Part shown: positions 11,321 to 24,500 of the stretch, one piece after another
How positions within the stretch are numbered: the first letter of the stretch is position 1
Layout of the letters: each line of letters begins with the position of its first letter
DNA from: Pelomyxa schiedti
Taxonomy: Eukaryota; Protista; Evosea
Direction: 5' to 3'
Length of the DNA: 64,000 nucleotides
Assembly: GCA_020536535.1 (NCBI GenBank)
Contig: JAHLWZ010000871.1
Coordinates: 1 to 64,000, forward strand
Notes under the pieces: model-generated
The model's database searches: none
Told to the model about the DNA's origin: nothing
The model's input: only the letters and a program-made list of their open reading frames with translations
Position numbers and translations under genes: made by a program

Positions 11321-14300
11321 ATGCTACGGCTAGGGTTCCACCAGCAGATTCTTCGACACTTGTTACCAACAAATGTGTGCGTAGTAGACACCATTCCCAG
11401 ATCTCCCACATCTGCCGCCTCTGGCGATAATGACGACGACTGCGTTGTCGTAGATCCGCACCCACACTCCAGCACCGACACCACCTCCACTTCTACGATG
11501 TGTTGCGATTCCGGCGACTTTGGCACTCGCAATGCCTCTACCACCTCGTCCTCGGCATATTCACTCCAAACCGATGTTGAAGGAGAAGGGGAAGATGACT
11601 GGGGAAATTGCTTGCTGGTTGTTGGCAGAGGATTGAGGTGCGATAGGGTAGTGGCTTCCTTTTTGCGAATTTGTGCTGATCAGCACTCTGCTATTCATCG
11701 GCGCCCTAGTGTGAGTATGACCAGTGCATCCGGCGCAAGCTCAAGCCCCATCATTCCTGCGGACGTGGTTGTGGGACAAACGACGCCACCAACTGCCAGT
11801 GCTTTGGCGACACCCCAACAAAATGCGACGTCGTCGTCCCCTGTTTTGGGTGATTCACCTCTGCTTCCAATTGCAGATAGCATGACAGGACGCGGCCTTG
11901 TGTTCGTGCTGGGTGTCAAGAAGTATGAACAGCTTTTCCTGGTGGAGGATTGTGCTAGAGCGGCGGCGTACCCTCTACCTGGTGTCTTGGATTACTTGCC
12001 AAATGAGAGAAGCGGAAAAACACTCCTTCCCGTAATTGTTGACTCAGAGACTTCTCCTGCTGAGAGGTATTTCCTTTTGTTTGGTGATTTCTGTGAATGA
12101 TTCCCAAGTCTGGTGAAGAGCTACCATGTACTCCCATGGAGGGGTATTTATAGTTTCTAATCGAATTCTCATTGTGGATTTGCTGAGTAAAAAATTACCC
12201 ACCAATTGGGTTACTGGTTTTGTTGTACTCAATGCTGAGAGGTTATTTCTTTAACAGCCTCAACCATCATATAATGCTCCTAAGGATCGCCACCGACTCT
12301 AGTGAAGCATTCATCTTGAGATACTACAGACAACACAACAAAGTTGGCTTCATAAGCGCATTTTCTGAAGCGGCCAACACATTGAGAGGTGGGTTTGCCA
12401 AAGTGGAAAAACTGATGAGGTTATTATTTGTGAAGAAGCTCTACCTCTGGCCAAGGTGTTAGAATTTGTGTACCTGGAACCTCTCACAAAGCATAATCTC
12501 AGGTTTCGAGTTGAAGTGCAATCAGATTTAGATAGTCACACACCTCAAGTGTTTAACATAAATATCCCTCTTACTGAGTCTATGAAGAAGATACAAACAT
12601 CGTTACTTGGAGTCATTAAAGCTTGTATTAAGGAGTTGGCCCAAAGTCATCATGTAACAATAAGCATACTTTTGAGGCAGTTAAATACCTTTGCTTCAGC
12701 TTGATGATGAAACGAATGTTGAAAATACTCTATTTGCTGGATTTACACAGCATCTCCATGCTCAACTTGACACTATGTGGGGAAAACTTAGCTCAAAAGC
12801 GAAGCAGCTTCTTGGCGACTTGATAGCACTCCATAAACTCCTTACTCACCACCTTCTGCATTCAAATTGCGTCGACTTCTTGGACTACCTTGAAACACTA
12901 AGGACAACACAATTCTCTGCCGAGTCAGGCTGGGTATTCCTTGAGCAGGCCAATACACTATTTGCAGTAAGTAATCTGCCAAACGGATTGTTTCAATTCC
13001 CACTCTCGATAGGAAGCAAGAAAACGTGTCTACTTAAAGAACTCTGCAGCAGAAGTAGTAGAAGTTCTGGAAGAAAATCCAAAATGGGAGATCCTGAAAC
13101 AAGTATTAACTGAGATTATTCAGACCAGTACCGGAACACAGAGTAAATTCTTTAATTTACTAAGTTGCTAAGTTGCCTTGTGATGATTGTTGTAAAGTCA
13201 TTGGTTTAAGTATGAGTGATCTTAATGGTCACAATGACAAAAACCCTTACTCATCTGAAGGCGAATATCAAATCTGATAATTTTTTTCCAAAGCACTTAT
13301 ATATTAAGATACTAGTCAACAAGGATGCATTCTGGTTCTAGTGAACGACGAGCGTACCTGTTACAGTCTCCAGAAATGCCTGCACTTAGGTGCCAAAGGT
13401 TACCTACAGGAAGCTTACAAGCACTACCTTCATAATAAAGAAAATCGAAGCTCTCTCGTAAAAAGTACCTTTGGCGTGTAATGTAAGATTGGATACTCAA
13501 CTATTCTTATTGCACAGCTCCCAACCTCCAATACCAAGATAAGTGGTATAAGCACAAGCCAAAGCCTGCAAAGACTGTAAAAACTGCAAAACAGAATTCA
13601 AAGGAACTTTCCAGTGGGTCTGCTAAAAAGACCCCAAGCAAAAGGCCTCCTGCCAGTAAGGTTAAAAAAACACCAGCATCCAAAAAACCGGCAGGAAAGA
13701 GAAGGAGAAAATCTGATCCCCTCACCATACCTCCTCAAACTGGTAGAGCCATTGAAGTCATCACCTCAACATCGACCAATACTACTGCCACCACATCAAT
13801 GAGTACTCATAGTTCACCCCTTGCAACCCACATTCCTGCAGACACCTCTACATCAACAAGCCCAACAGCCCAGACCTCACTTAAAGCACTTAAATCAGAC
13901 TCTGCTCCAGTCGGCAATGATTTGGACTATGTATGGAACTTTAGTTCTGAATTTGGCATCGTGACACCCCCATATGTACTTATACACCCAATGTGGGAGT
14001 GTGGCCGCTTATTGGATGAACTCAAACCCAACTACATTGTTCTCTATGACCCTGATGTCTCTCTGGTCAGGCAAATTGAGGTTTTTTTGAATTTACACCC
14101 GATTTTTCACTAAGTTTTCTGCACAAGATCTTTAAGGCTGAGAATGTTGGGACTCCTGTAAGTGTTTATTTCATGTGTTATGAGGTACTTGCGGGTACAC
14201 ACTTTTCCTGCATTCTAAGAGAGGGTAGGACTCGGTTGAGAAGCAAAAGTATATGACTTCACTGAAAAAAGAGGCCGAATCATTTGAAGCACTCATCAAA

Positions 14301-15472
14301 GAGAAAGCAGTACACAACAAACTTTTAGTATTTTCCTTGTGATATTGGTTTTAGACTATGATCATACCGGCAGACCGAGATGGTTGCTCTACAATAGCGG
14401 TGGACGATCCCGCCATTGCTAGAATCGTACAGCCACCACAGTACAACCAAAGGCATGGAGGAAAACTTCTTATTACCCCATCGTCAGACCGGAAGGTGAA
14501 ACTTCAAGCTCCCTTGAGATTGCAAACATTTTTGTTCTAGGTTATTGTAGATCTACGGGAGTTTCGGAGTAGTTTGCCATCTATGCTTCATGCAAGAGGA
14601 ATGACGGTAATACCAGGTAGTTTGTTATTACGAGTCGAAAAACGTCTAATTTTCCCCAGCCCACCTGGAGGTTGGGGACTACATTCTTTCTCCAAGTCTT
14701 TGTGTTGAGCGAAAGAGTCTCTCTGACTTGATTGGTTCCTTTAAATCTGGCCGATTGTAAACCATATGTCTGTCCTACTGTAAACTAATTGTTTTGGGAA
14801 GATACACTCAGGTTGAGTCAATGTGCCGAATGTATACCAATCCCCTCCTTCTTATTGAGTGGAGCACTTCGGAGGAATTTCGGTTGCAGGTAGTTATAAC
14901 AAATTGAATAACTTTGAGACCGGTTTTCAGGCAGAAGACAAATCTGATACTGTACAACCAACAAGCGTAACAAGCAAGGTATCTCTCCCTGCCTTTTTTT
15001 TTGTATACTATGATGACATTTTCAAAGTTGACAGTTCTTACTATGCATTTCCCTAAATTGAGGCTTATATGGTCACAGAATCCACAAATTTCCGCAGAAA
15101 TATTTGATTCCATGAAGGTGACGCTGACTGTTCACTTATCCCTTAATTCTTTAATGTACTTGAAATTAGGATGGGCAACCAGAACCCGATCTTGCTGGTA
15201 TAAAAACCTCGGAAAGTGCTGAAGTGGAAGGCGGGGTCACATTTGAAGCAAGAGAATTCTTGTCTAGACTACCATTTGTAAGGGAAAAGAACGTGCAGGT
15301 ACTACTTGCCCCGGCAACCGGAAATACAGACAACACCACACCCACCTCAACAAATAATGACCTCTCACTCCTCAAAATATGCAACATGTCACCACAAGAA
15401 CTTGAGCAACTCCTCCTCATTGGGCCGACTGCAGCCTCCCAGCTTCACGAATTTATCCATCACTCCCTCTGA
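11321..15472 (+). CDS. ERCC4: DNA repair endonuclease XPF (ERCC4/Rad1)
   Basis: [78 protein letters not shown]...[28 protein letters not shown]-terminal HhH region. Confidence 0.96.
13173..13264 (+). ncRNA. Intronic box C/D guide RNA, predicted dual guide for U12 snRNA 2'-O-methylation
   Basis: In the unusually long XPF intron 13143-13308: terminal stem TTGCCT/AGGCGA, box C GTGATGA 13180-13186, D' ATGA 13212-13215, C' ATGACAA 13234-13240, box D CTGA 13255-13258; both antisense elements complement the U12 5' end. Confidence 0.85.
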
Positions 15473-15543
15473 TAACAAACACTTCAACACACAGAACCCA
15501 AACGCAATGAATCGCAAAAAGAACATTCATTGAATCATTCTTT

Positions 15544-18500
15544 CTACACTTTATTCAACAACAAACATACACCCTGGAGTATCCAAATACTGGGGTGTGT
15601 TGAGGTAGGCAGGTTTGCTTCAAACACCAGGCCCTCACCAGACTTGTTTCTTCTGGATTGATTTACATAGACTGGGGTCTGTAGAGTTCCGCGGGTGTGT
15701 CTGTGGCGTTTTTGTGTTGGAATGATGTGAATTACAGGCATGTCAGTCACTGGGTTGCCTTTCCTGGAGAGTTGGTTTGGTTGGGATGTGTTTAGTTTGT
15801 TTAGAAGGTTACTGTTGGAATGCAAGGCAGCAGTGGACCAGGTCCCAGGATGCACCTTCAAGACAGAGGCCGTGGATGTAACAGCCTACTGTGGGGGGGT
15901 CGCGGATTGATGCAGGGTCCACAATGTTGGTTACCTTTGGAAGTAGTTAGAATAGCTGGGAAATGAGGGAGGGTGCGAGAACCTGGCATTCAAGGTAGGT
16001 TTGATCTAGAGGCCAGGACATTTGCCTTGCGGTAGTTTGGAGTACAGATGTTAGATAGGCCTCGGGTACATGCAGACCTGCCAGCCACATGACTTTCGGT
16101 TCAGCCTGTATCCAGGATAGATACTGCTTATGCCGCCGTTTGAAATGAACCTGGGGATTTGTCATTCCGGGTGGCCGAAGCGGTTATGTCCACTTACCAA
16201 CCAATCAGGTAAACTGCTTAATGTAGATGGAGCCAGTGCTTGCCAGATTGATGGAACAGAGCCAATGAAGAGGCTGAAGAACATTGCTTCCAATTCTCTA
16301 TCCATTTGCTGATCTCCTGCAAGCGCTCTTTCCAATTTTTCAAGTGACTACGAATTCTTAGAGCAAAACAGTATTGTAGGATTATACTTTCTTCATGCAT
16401 GTTATGAGACAATTCCAGTACTCCAACTCTTGCAAAAGTACTACTTGAGCTGGAGAGAGGATTCCTTGCTCAGTGGGCGTTCCCAAACGTAGTGCCTTTT
16501 CTATCGAAGCAATATCGAAAGGTTTGGGTACTTCTGCAGCTATCTCCTTTAATAGACTTTTAACCACAGTCTCTTGTGTATCGCTATTGTGTGTTGCTCC
16601 TCCGAGACGGGGTTGCATTTCCAGCAGACTGGACCACATCTAATAGAGGAAAAGTTTGAATTTTGTACTGGAACGAATGTTATACTTGTTTCACAGCGTT
16701 TTTGTGATATGCCAGATCGGCATTTTGATGCAGTCCAACAACAGAAGGGCTGGTAACGAGGGAGAGAGAACTGATCGACTCCATGAGGGCAGAAAAATCG
16801 CCGGTTGGTAAGCTGTATGCTTCGCCTCCAGTAGAAAAGAAGTGGAAAGGCTGGAAGGAATCGAAAAGGAAATCGCCCATATACTCTTCGAGGTAAGTCT
16901 TTAGTACTCGACGATCATAACTGTCAGTTACGCGACCCCCATACACAACGTCACCAATAAGATAGTGCAAGGCCTCCCATGGAACACTTTTTTTCCGTGC
17001 CTGATGTATTGTTGGGTATCGATTAGCTTAACAAAAACATTCAATAAATTGCACACCAGGTGGACTTGCGAAAGTTGGGAGGACATTACGGAACAAGATA
17101 CATTGAAATCAGACTCATTAAAATCATAGTGTAAATTCCAGCCAATGGAGCCATATTTCTGACGCTCTTGTACAACGGAATGGAAAAATGCCAGCACATA
17201 CACTAGCTGGAGATACTGTGGATGTGGACACAACTTAGCCTCTGGAGTCAATTTGTAAAATAGGTTCCGCATGTTCAATGAGAGTCCACTAGGAGGCTCT
17301 GTTACAACCTGCGGGGAAAAAACACAGTCAATATGTGGCATGTAGGGAAAGCCAACCTTCAGTGATCGCTGTAGAATTCCAATAGGAAATGACGGAGTGG
17401 GTTCAGTTGTAAGCCACAGCCGGAAGTTTTCGTGTGGGTGCTCAAGCTTAGCCAAAATTTTATTGAGCACAGGAAGCCAACTGGGTAAAAGGTGGCAGTT
17501 TTGTAATACAACCCAATTGCCTTGACTTATTGCAATTTCTAAAAGCTTGGCCGCGGGATTTCCTTGATCTTGGCCCAGTGCAAATGGCTGTAGCGAAAAA
17601 TAAGATGACGAAGAATGATTGAGAACTACTTTGACTTTCGAACTTAAACCCAAACTTTCCCCAAGCTTGAAAATGTCACTCAGTGGGTCAGATCCAGGGC
17701 TCAGTACACATATCACAGGAGTGGTGGGTGAACTTTGGGTAAAGATAAATTGGAATGATGTAGCAGGGGGCTGTAACAAATGGTCAAAGAGGACAAAAAT
17801 TAATGGGTTTTGCCTGAACAAACTTCTCTCCAAGTTCTGTGACAATAAAGTTTCTCATAACAAACCAGACCCTATCAATACGGAAAGTTCTAACCAGAAG
17901 CAGCATGTAAAATTGATATTTGTGAGGGATATCTTCAAGAGATAACGTGCCAATAGAGAACGGAGGGCAGCTGTCCTCTGGTCTCTCCAGGCCAAGCCAC
18001 AATTTCCATCCTGACTCATCTTTTTGTATTTGCTGAACAATATCACGGAAGTCATTTGATAATGTTGATAAGTAAAAAAGATCACGATAAATCTGATCAG
18101 AGAGCCAAATGAAAGGCTTCCCAGCACCACTTCCAAGATTTGGATTTCCCCGAAGGAAAAAATCCAGCAATGGCTGCTCAATCAAGCCCTCCCCCTAAGG
18201 GTTGTTACATTAGATCAGAATTGTTCCTTGTCATGGTTTTTTTGTGGGGTCACCTTCAGAATCCCAATGCAAATTTGAAAGGCAAAGGTGAGTTTATCCT
18301 TTTCGAAAAGACTCATGCAAGTCCAAGTATAGACCTGCCCGGTAAGTGTACTTACTATCCCTTCCAAGCGCTGTTGGAGGTTGGTTTCCTTCTCAATTGC
18401 TGCCACTCCTGAAGGAGGCAACAACTTACCACTTTGATTCAAACTTGATTTATAGATCTTTGAAAAATGAGTGGCAAATTAGAATGTCTGTAGTACCTCA

Positions 18501-21500
18501 AGAAAGGCTCTCAAGGAATATTCATACATTGGATTTACAAAGGACAGAGTGGAGACAACAAAGAAGAGAACTGACCCACGTTTGGCTACTGGTAGATACC
18601 TAAAAAGGATGAGAGAAAAGTTGCCAAGTTTTCTCCATTACTGTTCTCTGCTATTTTCCAGCTTTTCAGAGGTTTCCTGTGCAGACACAAGTTTTTCAGA
18701 TATATCCTGTGCTTTTCGTTTCGTCCGCTCAAGTGTTTGTATCAAATCTTCGTTGTCCAGAATCAGCCCTTCAGAAGAACTTAGTTCAGATAGCAATGTG
18801 TCTTCACATTGCTTGAGGTGGATTTCACTCTCGTGCTTGAGCCTGCACGAGCATGAGGAATCTTGGCCGAGAAATTAAACAAAACCTCATCAAATTTGCC
18901 CTCTCAGTTTCCAAAGTAGGGTGTTCGTGGGAGACAACTAGACTCAGTAACTGATCTTGCAGACCTTGTTGGGTGACATTGAAGTTGATGACCAGCAGTT
19001 TTACAAATATGTTTGGACTGAATTTTGGGTTGGTAAGCTTTGATGTCATGTACAATCTAATCAGGAAGTTGAGTATGTTCCTGTATCACAGTATCTGGAT
19101 ACCTGAACTTATCATTCCACTGAATCTCTTTGCCACAGAGGTTGATCACTTTATGAGTCCCAGTACTCTTGATATTTTTGCTCAGTACGGGATTTAAAAT
19201 TGGATCTATTGTCTCATCAATGTCTTCAATTAACATGGGCAACCCAAGGGAAATAGCAAGTTCAAGTTGTCTTGTGAAATCGGTATCATCAAATGTTCTA
19301 ACAATCAATTTTTCTTTGGCCTTTTTTTGCGTTAGTGGAAAAGGAGCATCACTTGCATGCCTCTTTCTTTTTAATCCATTGGTTTGCTTGCATTTGTGGG
19401 TCGATACAAAGGGGGACATGGTAGCTGGAGACTGTAAAAATGGCATTTTGAATGGACAAGTCATCTGGGGGAAGATCTTGCGTTAACCACTCGTGGACTT
19501 GCACCTTTCCATCTTAGTGTTTTCTATGTACAATGAAAATACCTCATTAGATAAAACGGTTTCCAACTTAAAAGGAGAACTAATTGGAATGTGGCGATTG
19601 AGCAAGTCAGATTTCCAGACTGTAAAGATCATTTTCATTCGATACTCAAAACTGTTTGTATGAGTTCAAGTTGAAGAGTATGAAACGCACTTAAATGGAG
19701 CTGTATAACTCAAAAATGATGCAGCAAGAAGGCAATCTCCAGCAACTAAGGGTCTTTTTTGGGATAGAAGAGATAAATCTGTGGTCCACCTTGATTGTTC
19801 ACTTCGAAAACCTTTCGTTTCTCAGGGAAAGAAGTGAGCACATTGGGAGAACCTGATATAAGCTGTTTTGCTGCAGAGAGTCGTCTCTCCATTACCTCGG
19901 CTTGCTCTTTGAGACTCTTTTGTTCCGCTGTTTTCTGCTGGTAATCTTTGTCGAGAGCTTCAAGCTATTTTTTTATTTTTATTACTCTCAGTGAGAAAAA
20001 AATTGTTGCATACTTGAGATACAAGACTCTTCATTTTAAAGACAATCTCTTCAAGATCTTGCTTATTTTGCTGTTGCAAGTCTTGGGCTTTCCTGACTGC
20101 AATTTGTTTAGGTTTTACTTTTTTTGCAACATTTGTGTAGTGCAGTATTGCTTCCACCCAAGTTAATAAACCAACAGCAGCAGATGAAATTGACTTAAAG
20201 TTTTATAAAAATATCAGTCAGTACACTGCATAAATTACCTGCATCATTTTCACAGACAAATCAGATTTTCTAAGTATATCACTGACACCTTTCACTTGCT
20301 TGTCAGTAAGAGTATCCGCATTAATAGCAATCAGATCATGAAGAAAATTTGGACTGGCCATGAGAGCTCTGGCTGACTTCCAAGACACTTTCACACCTTT
20401 CAACCAACTAAATAGCTTTCAGTCTAGTTTTGGAGGAAAGTTGAGGAGACCAGATGCACTCGCAAAGTGATTGAACAGGCATTGGTGGGGTGGGGAAAGA
20501 TCTAATCTCGGTAATTTCTTCCCTCCTCAAATTCCGCAGGTATGTATGTGCTTGGTCTAATTCTGGTTGAACCACTTGTAATTCCTGGGTTGCCTCATCC
20601 TAAAATTTGTAGTCAGCTTGATTTCGATATAACTCCAGTGGTAATGAACCATTTTTACTGATATTTGTTGTGCAAGATCTTGTAACTCAATTTCTTTTTG
20701 CTTAGATAGTTCCTGCGCCTCCTTCACACTTGTTTTTTTCTCAGCTATATGTATCAGCAACTTGTTGCAGACCTTAGGAGAAATGAATTCGTTTTACACG
20801 AAATAACCTTGTGTTAAAAACCTCTGTTTGAGTGTCGATTTGCGTTTTTTGTAGTTCCAGTTGAGAGTTTAGAATTTCAACTTGGCTCCCAGCTTCTGTG
20901 AGTTTTTTTAGACCAGTTTCAAGTCTTTTAGTTTGGTCATCAATGTATTTGTATGTTTCCTTTACTTTATCTGAAAACGAGTTACAAAAAATATGAAAAT
21001 GTTGTGAGAGTAACCTTTATAGATATTTAAGAAATCAATAAAATTATTGGGCGTTATGTAAATGGGCCTTCTCATTTGGTGTTCATATTGCTCTGAATGC
21101 TTTAAAGCATCCAAATGCACAAACACCATGTGATCCACGATCGAATGCTGAAGTTCTGCATTAAATCCCAGGTCAGTGTTAGCCAGTGCCACACTCCTCA
21201 AAGCCTCATTTGGCCATGGGTGAAACCAATTAATGCAAGTATTACTTATTAGCCCAGGGAAACTTTGACAGTGCATGTGCAAAGATTCACTTGCAGGAGA
21301 CATGCACAATATAACATGTAGATTATCACGGCACCTAAATACCAATTGGTGAAAACGCCATGCAGTATAAAACCACCTCTCGGTGAATAGGGTCCAGCAG
21401 TTTTCTCGATTACTGAGCACCTTATTGCGTGCCACCTCCTCTCTCATTTCTTGTGCAATGTGCTCCTTTTCGTCATCAGCAAACAAAGACGGGACGAGTC

Positions 21501-24500
21501 CACAAGTGAGGATGTTGTTTATTGCTTCCAAGAAGCTTTCTTTTATCAAGTGCTCGTCAGTGAAGAGAAACACTGTTGGTTTATTCTCTAGACCCAGCTG
21601 CCGATACAAATCTTTTAGAGTTTCGTGAAACTGATCATCTTTTGCACAGTAAGTTTCCTGTGAATAAAAAAATCTCTACCTCCATAGTTTCTCGTTAATG
21701 TGGGCTCAAAAACAGCGAATCCAGTTGAAAAAGCTGCTATTCTGTTGCATTTAGTGGCTGAGTGGATTATATTAGACAACCTTGCTAAAGTGCGCTTTCC
21801 ACTGCCTGGTAATCCAATTAGAAAAGCATGGCTCCGAGGTCGTTGAATGATGCGTAATATTCTTGCAATGTGCTCAATTGTGTAGTGATTAAGTACTAAG
21901 TTCACGTTGCTTCTGCCTGTATGACAACATTGCTCCCTGTAGAAGGTGATAGTCTCCTCCAGTTGCTCCTTTACAGAAGGTGAGACTTGAGAAGTTCCTT
22001 GTTGTACGAACCTTGGCAGAAGCGAAAGTTCCAATATCTTCATAATTAAGAGTATCGATTTGAAATGTAGTTCGATAAGAAAAGTCTCCAAATAAACTTG
22101 GCTCTGCAATGGCATATGAAAGGTGCTGAGGAAAGAACTGCTGCAACAACTCATGTATCTTCAAAAGCACCAAATTGGTATCAGTAGAAGAGACCATTCT
22201 ATCACAAAACACCCTCAAGCATTCGTTTCTCCATAACCGGATCATCTGGCCAACTGTATCAACCTGGACTGTGTTAGTGGGATGTTGGTGTATTGGAGTT
22301 TCAGTTAGGCCTCAACTTTATCACACTTTGACAAGCACAAGCCTTCAAACAGGCGACTTAAGTCCCGAAGGTTGAAAGTGTAGTGGAACTTCGATGGAGT
22401 TGGGGGAAGGGATTGGCATATATAATTAAACAGGGTCAGTGTGATATCGGTCAGCGTTCCACTGGCCTGAAAAAGAAATTAGAGATCGATGTAATGGGAA
22501 AAAATAACTTCTTTAATACTGGGACTGAAAGATGCCAAGTGCTCTCTCAATATAGACCAGTAGATCAACTTTAAATTTGTTCGTGATGGTGAAGACACAT
22601 AAAACACATTGAACAGAGATAGAAGCCTTGAGTCAATGGACACTCTACCCCCACCAGGCATTCCCATAGTAGCTACAAATTGAACCTTCCGAAATTTCTT
22701 CCAGGCTAAGTCCTATCCCACAGTAAGGCAGAAGAGAAAATAAAGAACTTTGTACCCCTGTCCAATCATAGAGCCCCCCTCGCTCGAGTAGTAGTCTCAA
22801 TAAAGCCATAGGTTGTTGTGTTCCATACTGATCCACTGAAGGCATATTTAAGTCTTCCAAACATATGATAAGTGTTCTTCCAGCTGGTGGTTGATACAGT
22901 CCAGCACCACACCTTTCAGTATTATCCTCCAGGGCTTGCTGTAAAGTGAAACTTGAAGAACTTGAGTAGGCAGCTCACAAGGAATAAATACCTGCTGGTT
23001 TTACTGGACATATTCAAGTAGAGAGTTGTGTATTCCTCTGTATTCAGTTTTTCTAGAAAGGCTTGTACGATAGCTGTTTTGGCAGTTCCAGATACCCCAA
23101 CGAATAAAATCGGTTTCTTGATTACCTCTATGCACGATTTAAGAATCCAAGTGTACCGCACTGTGTCACTTGTTGGGACAAGAACTTGGTGGAACTGTGA
23201 AGTGGAATAAGAAACTAGCCAAGATTAAAACTATTTGCCTTTGTAGAAGGTGCCACACTTAAGGGGGCCACCTTAGTGGCCCAAGGAACCCACTGTCTCT
23301 CTCTTTCAGAAAATGAATACTCGAAGAGAGTGGGAAGGGCCCCAGGAAGGGATCCCACACCACTATCTCCAGTTGAAATTACCTACATGGAGCATTGGTC
23401 TCTTTACAACATGAAAAGGTAATTACAGGTAACCCTGACAAAGTCTTTAAGAATTTATCAAATGATTCTCTGCTCCCTTCAAGCAAAGTGCTGCCAAAAG
23501 ACCACGTCATACAAAAAATAAATTGGGTTTCCAAAACTCCAAGATCTATCAAGTCTTCTGATATGTCTCTCTTACAGCTTTTTAATAGTGGTTGTAACAT
23601 GTGATTTGTCTAATACCTGACACAAAACGGTATCAAGCTGTGCACACAACTGTTTCACAAAATAAAGAGGACACACAGAAATACAGAACTGTAATCTTTG
23701 GGAGGGAGTGCCATCTCCCTGGTCTCCGTCAAATATAAAGTTCATCATTCTGGGGACATATTTCTCAAACAATACAGTGAGTCCTTTTTGCTCGTGGGAG
23801 CTCTTCTCTTTTATCCACCTATTCACTTTCAAAATTAAGTTAGAAAAATAGGTATCTACTTAAAGAAGAATGGTCTGAATCCTAGATTTTGAGCAGAGAC
23901 ATAAACCATTCCGCATCGACTAACGGTTGCTGGTGAGGCAAATTCCAGATTTGTAACTTCGAAAATGAGAGCACAATGAGGTTGCATTCTGTTTACAAGT
24001 TTTGGAAATGGGGGGATAAAAAGCTCAGTACCTAATGCACTCTCCATTGGGGAGGGTTAACTGCTTGGAGTCATCCATTACTGAGTTCATATCTTCAACC
24101 CATTTGGGGTCTACATCTCCATCAAGTACAATGTACTTGAGTGTTTTCTTTTCCTTCTTTTGGGGTGCGTTTGCTTTTCGAAAAAGTGAAGAAAGTATTC
24201 CATTGTTCCACTGCAAAAAATAAGGTCCATGATGGGGAGGATGCTCACCTGACGGGTGTTTGGATCCATCCAACCATATAGCTCTTTTACACTTTGCGCT
24301 TTTGGATTGAGGACAAATAACTTGGTTGGGGATCCGATCTGAATAAAGATATTACTGTGACGCAAACTTGAACTACAGCATACGGCCGCTAGAGCACTTT
24401 GAAGTGTTTCAATGATTACCGTCTTGCCACTGAGTGTGGGGCCCACAACCATAACACAGTGTCTTGCCATCAATGTTTCATAGAGTTGCACTACTTTATT

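Noticed and set aside
19057-19102. Dynein intron with donor GTATCC as a U12-type intron
   Set aside because: Continues AG rather than TT and has no properly spaced TCCTTAAC branch site.
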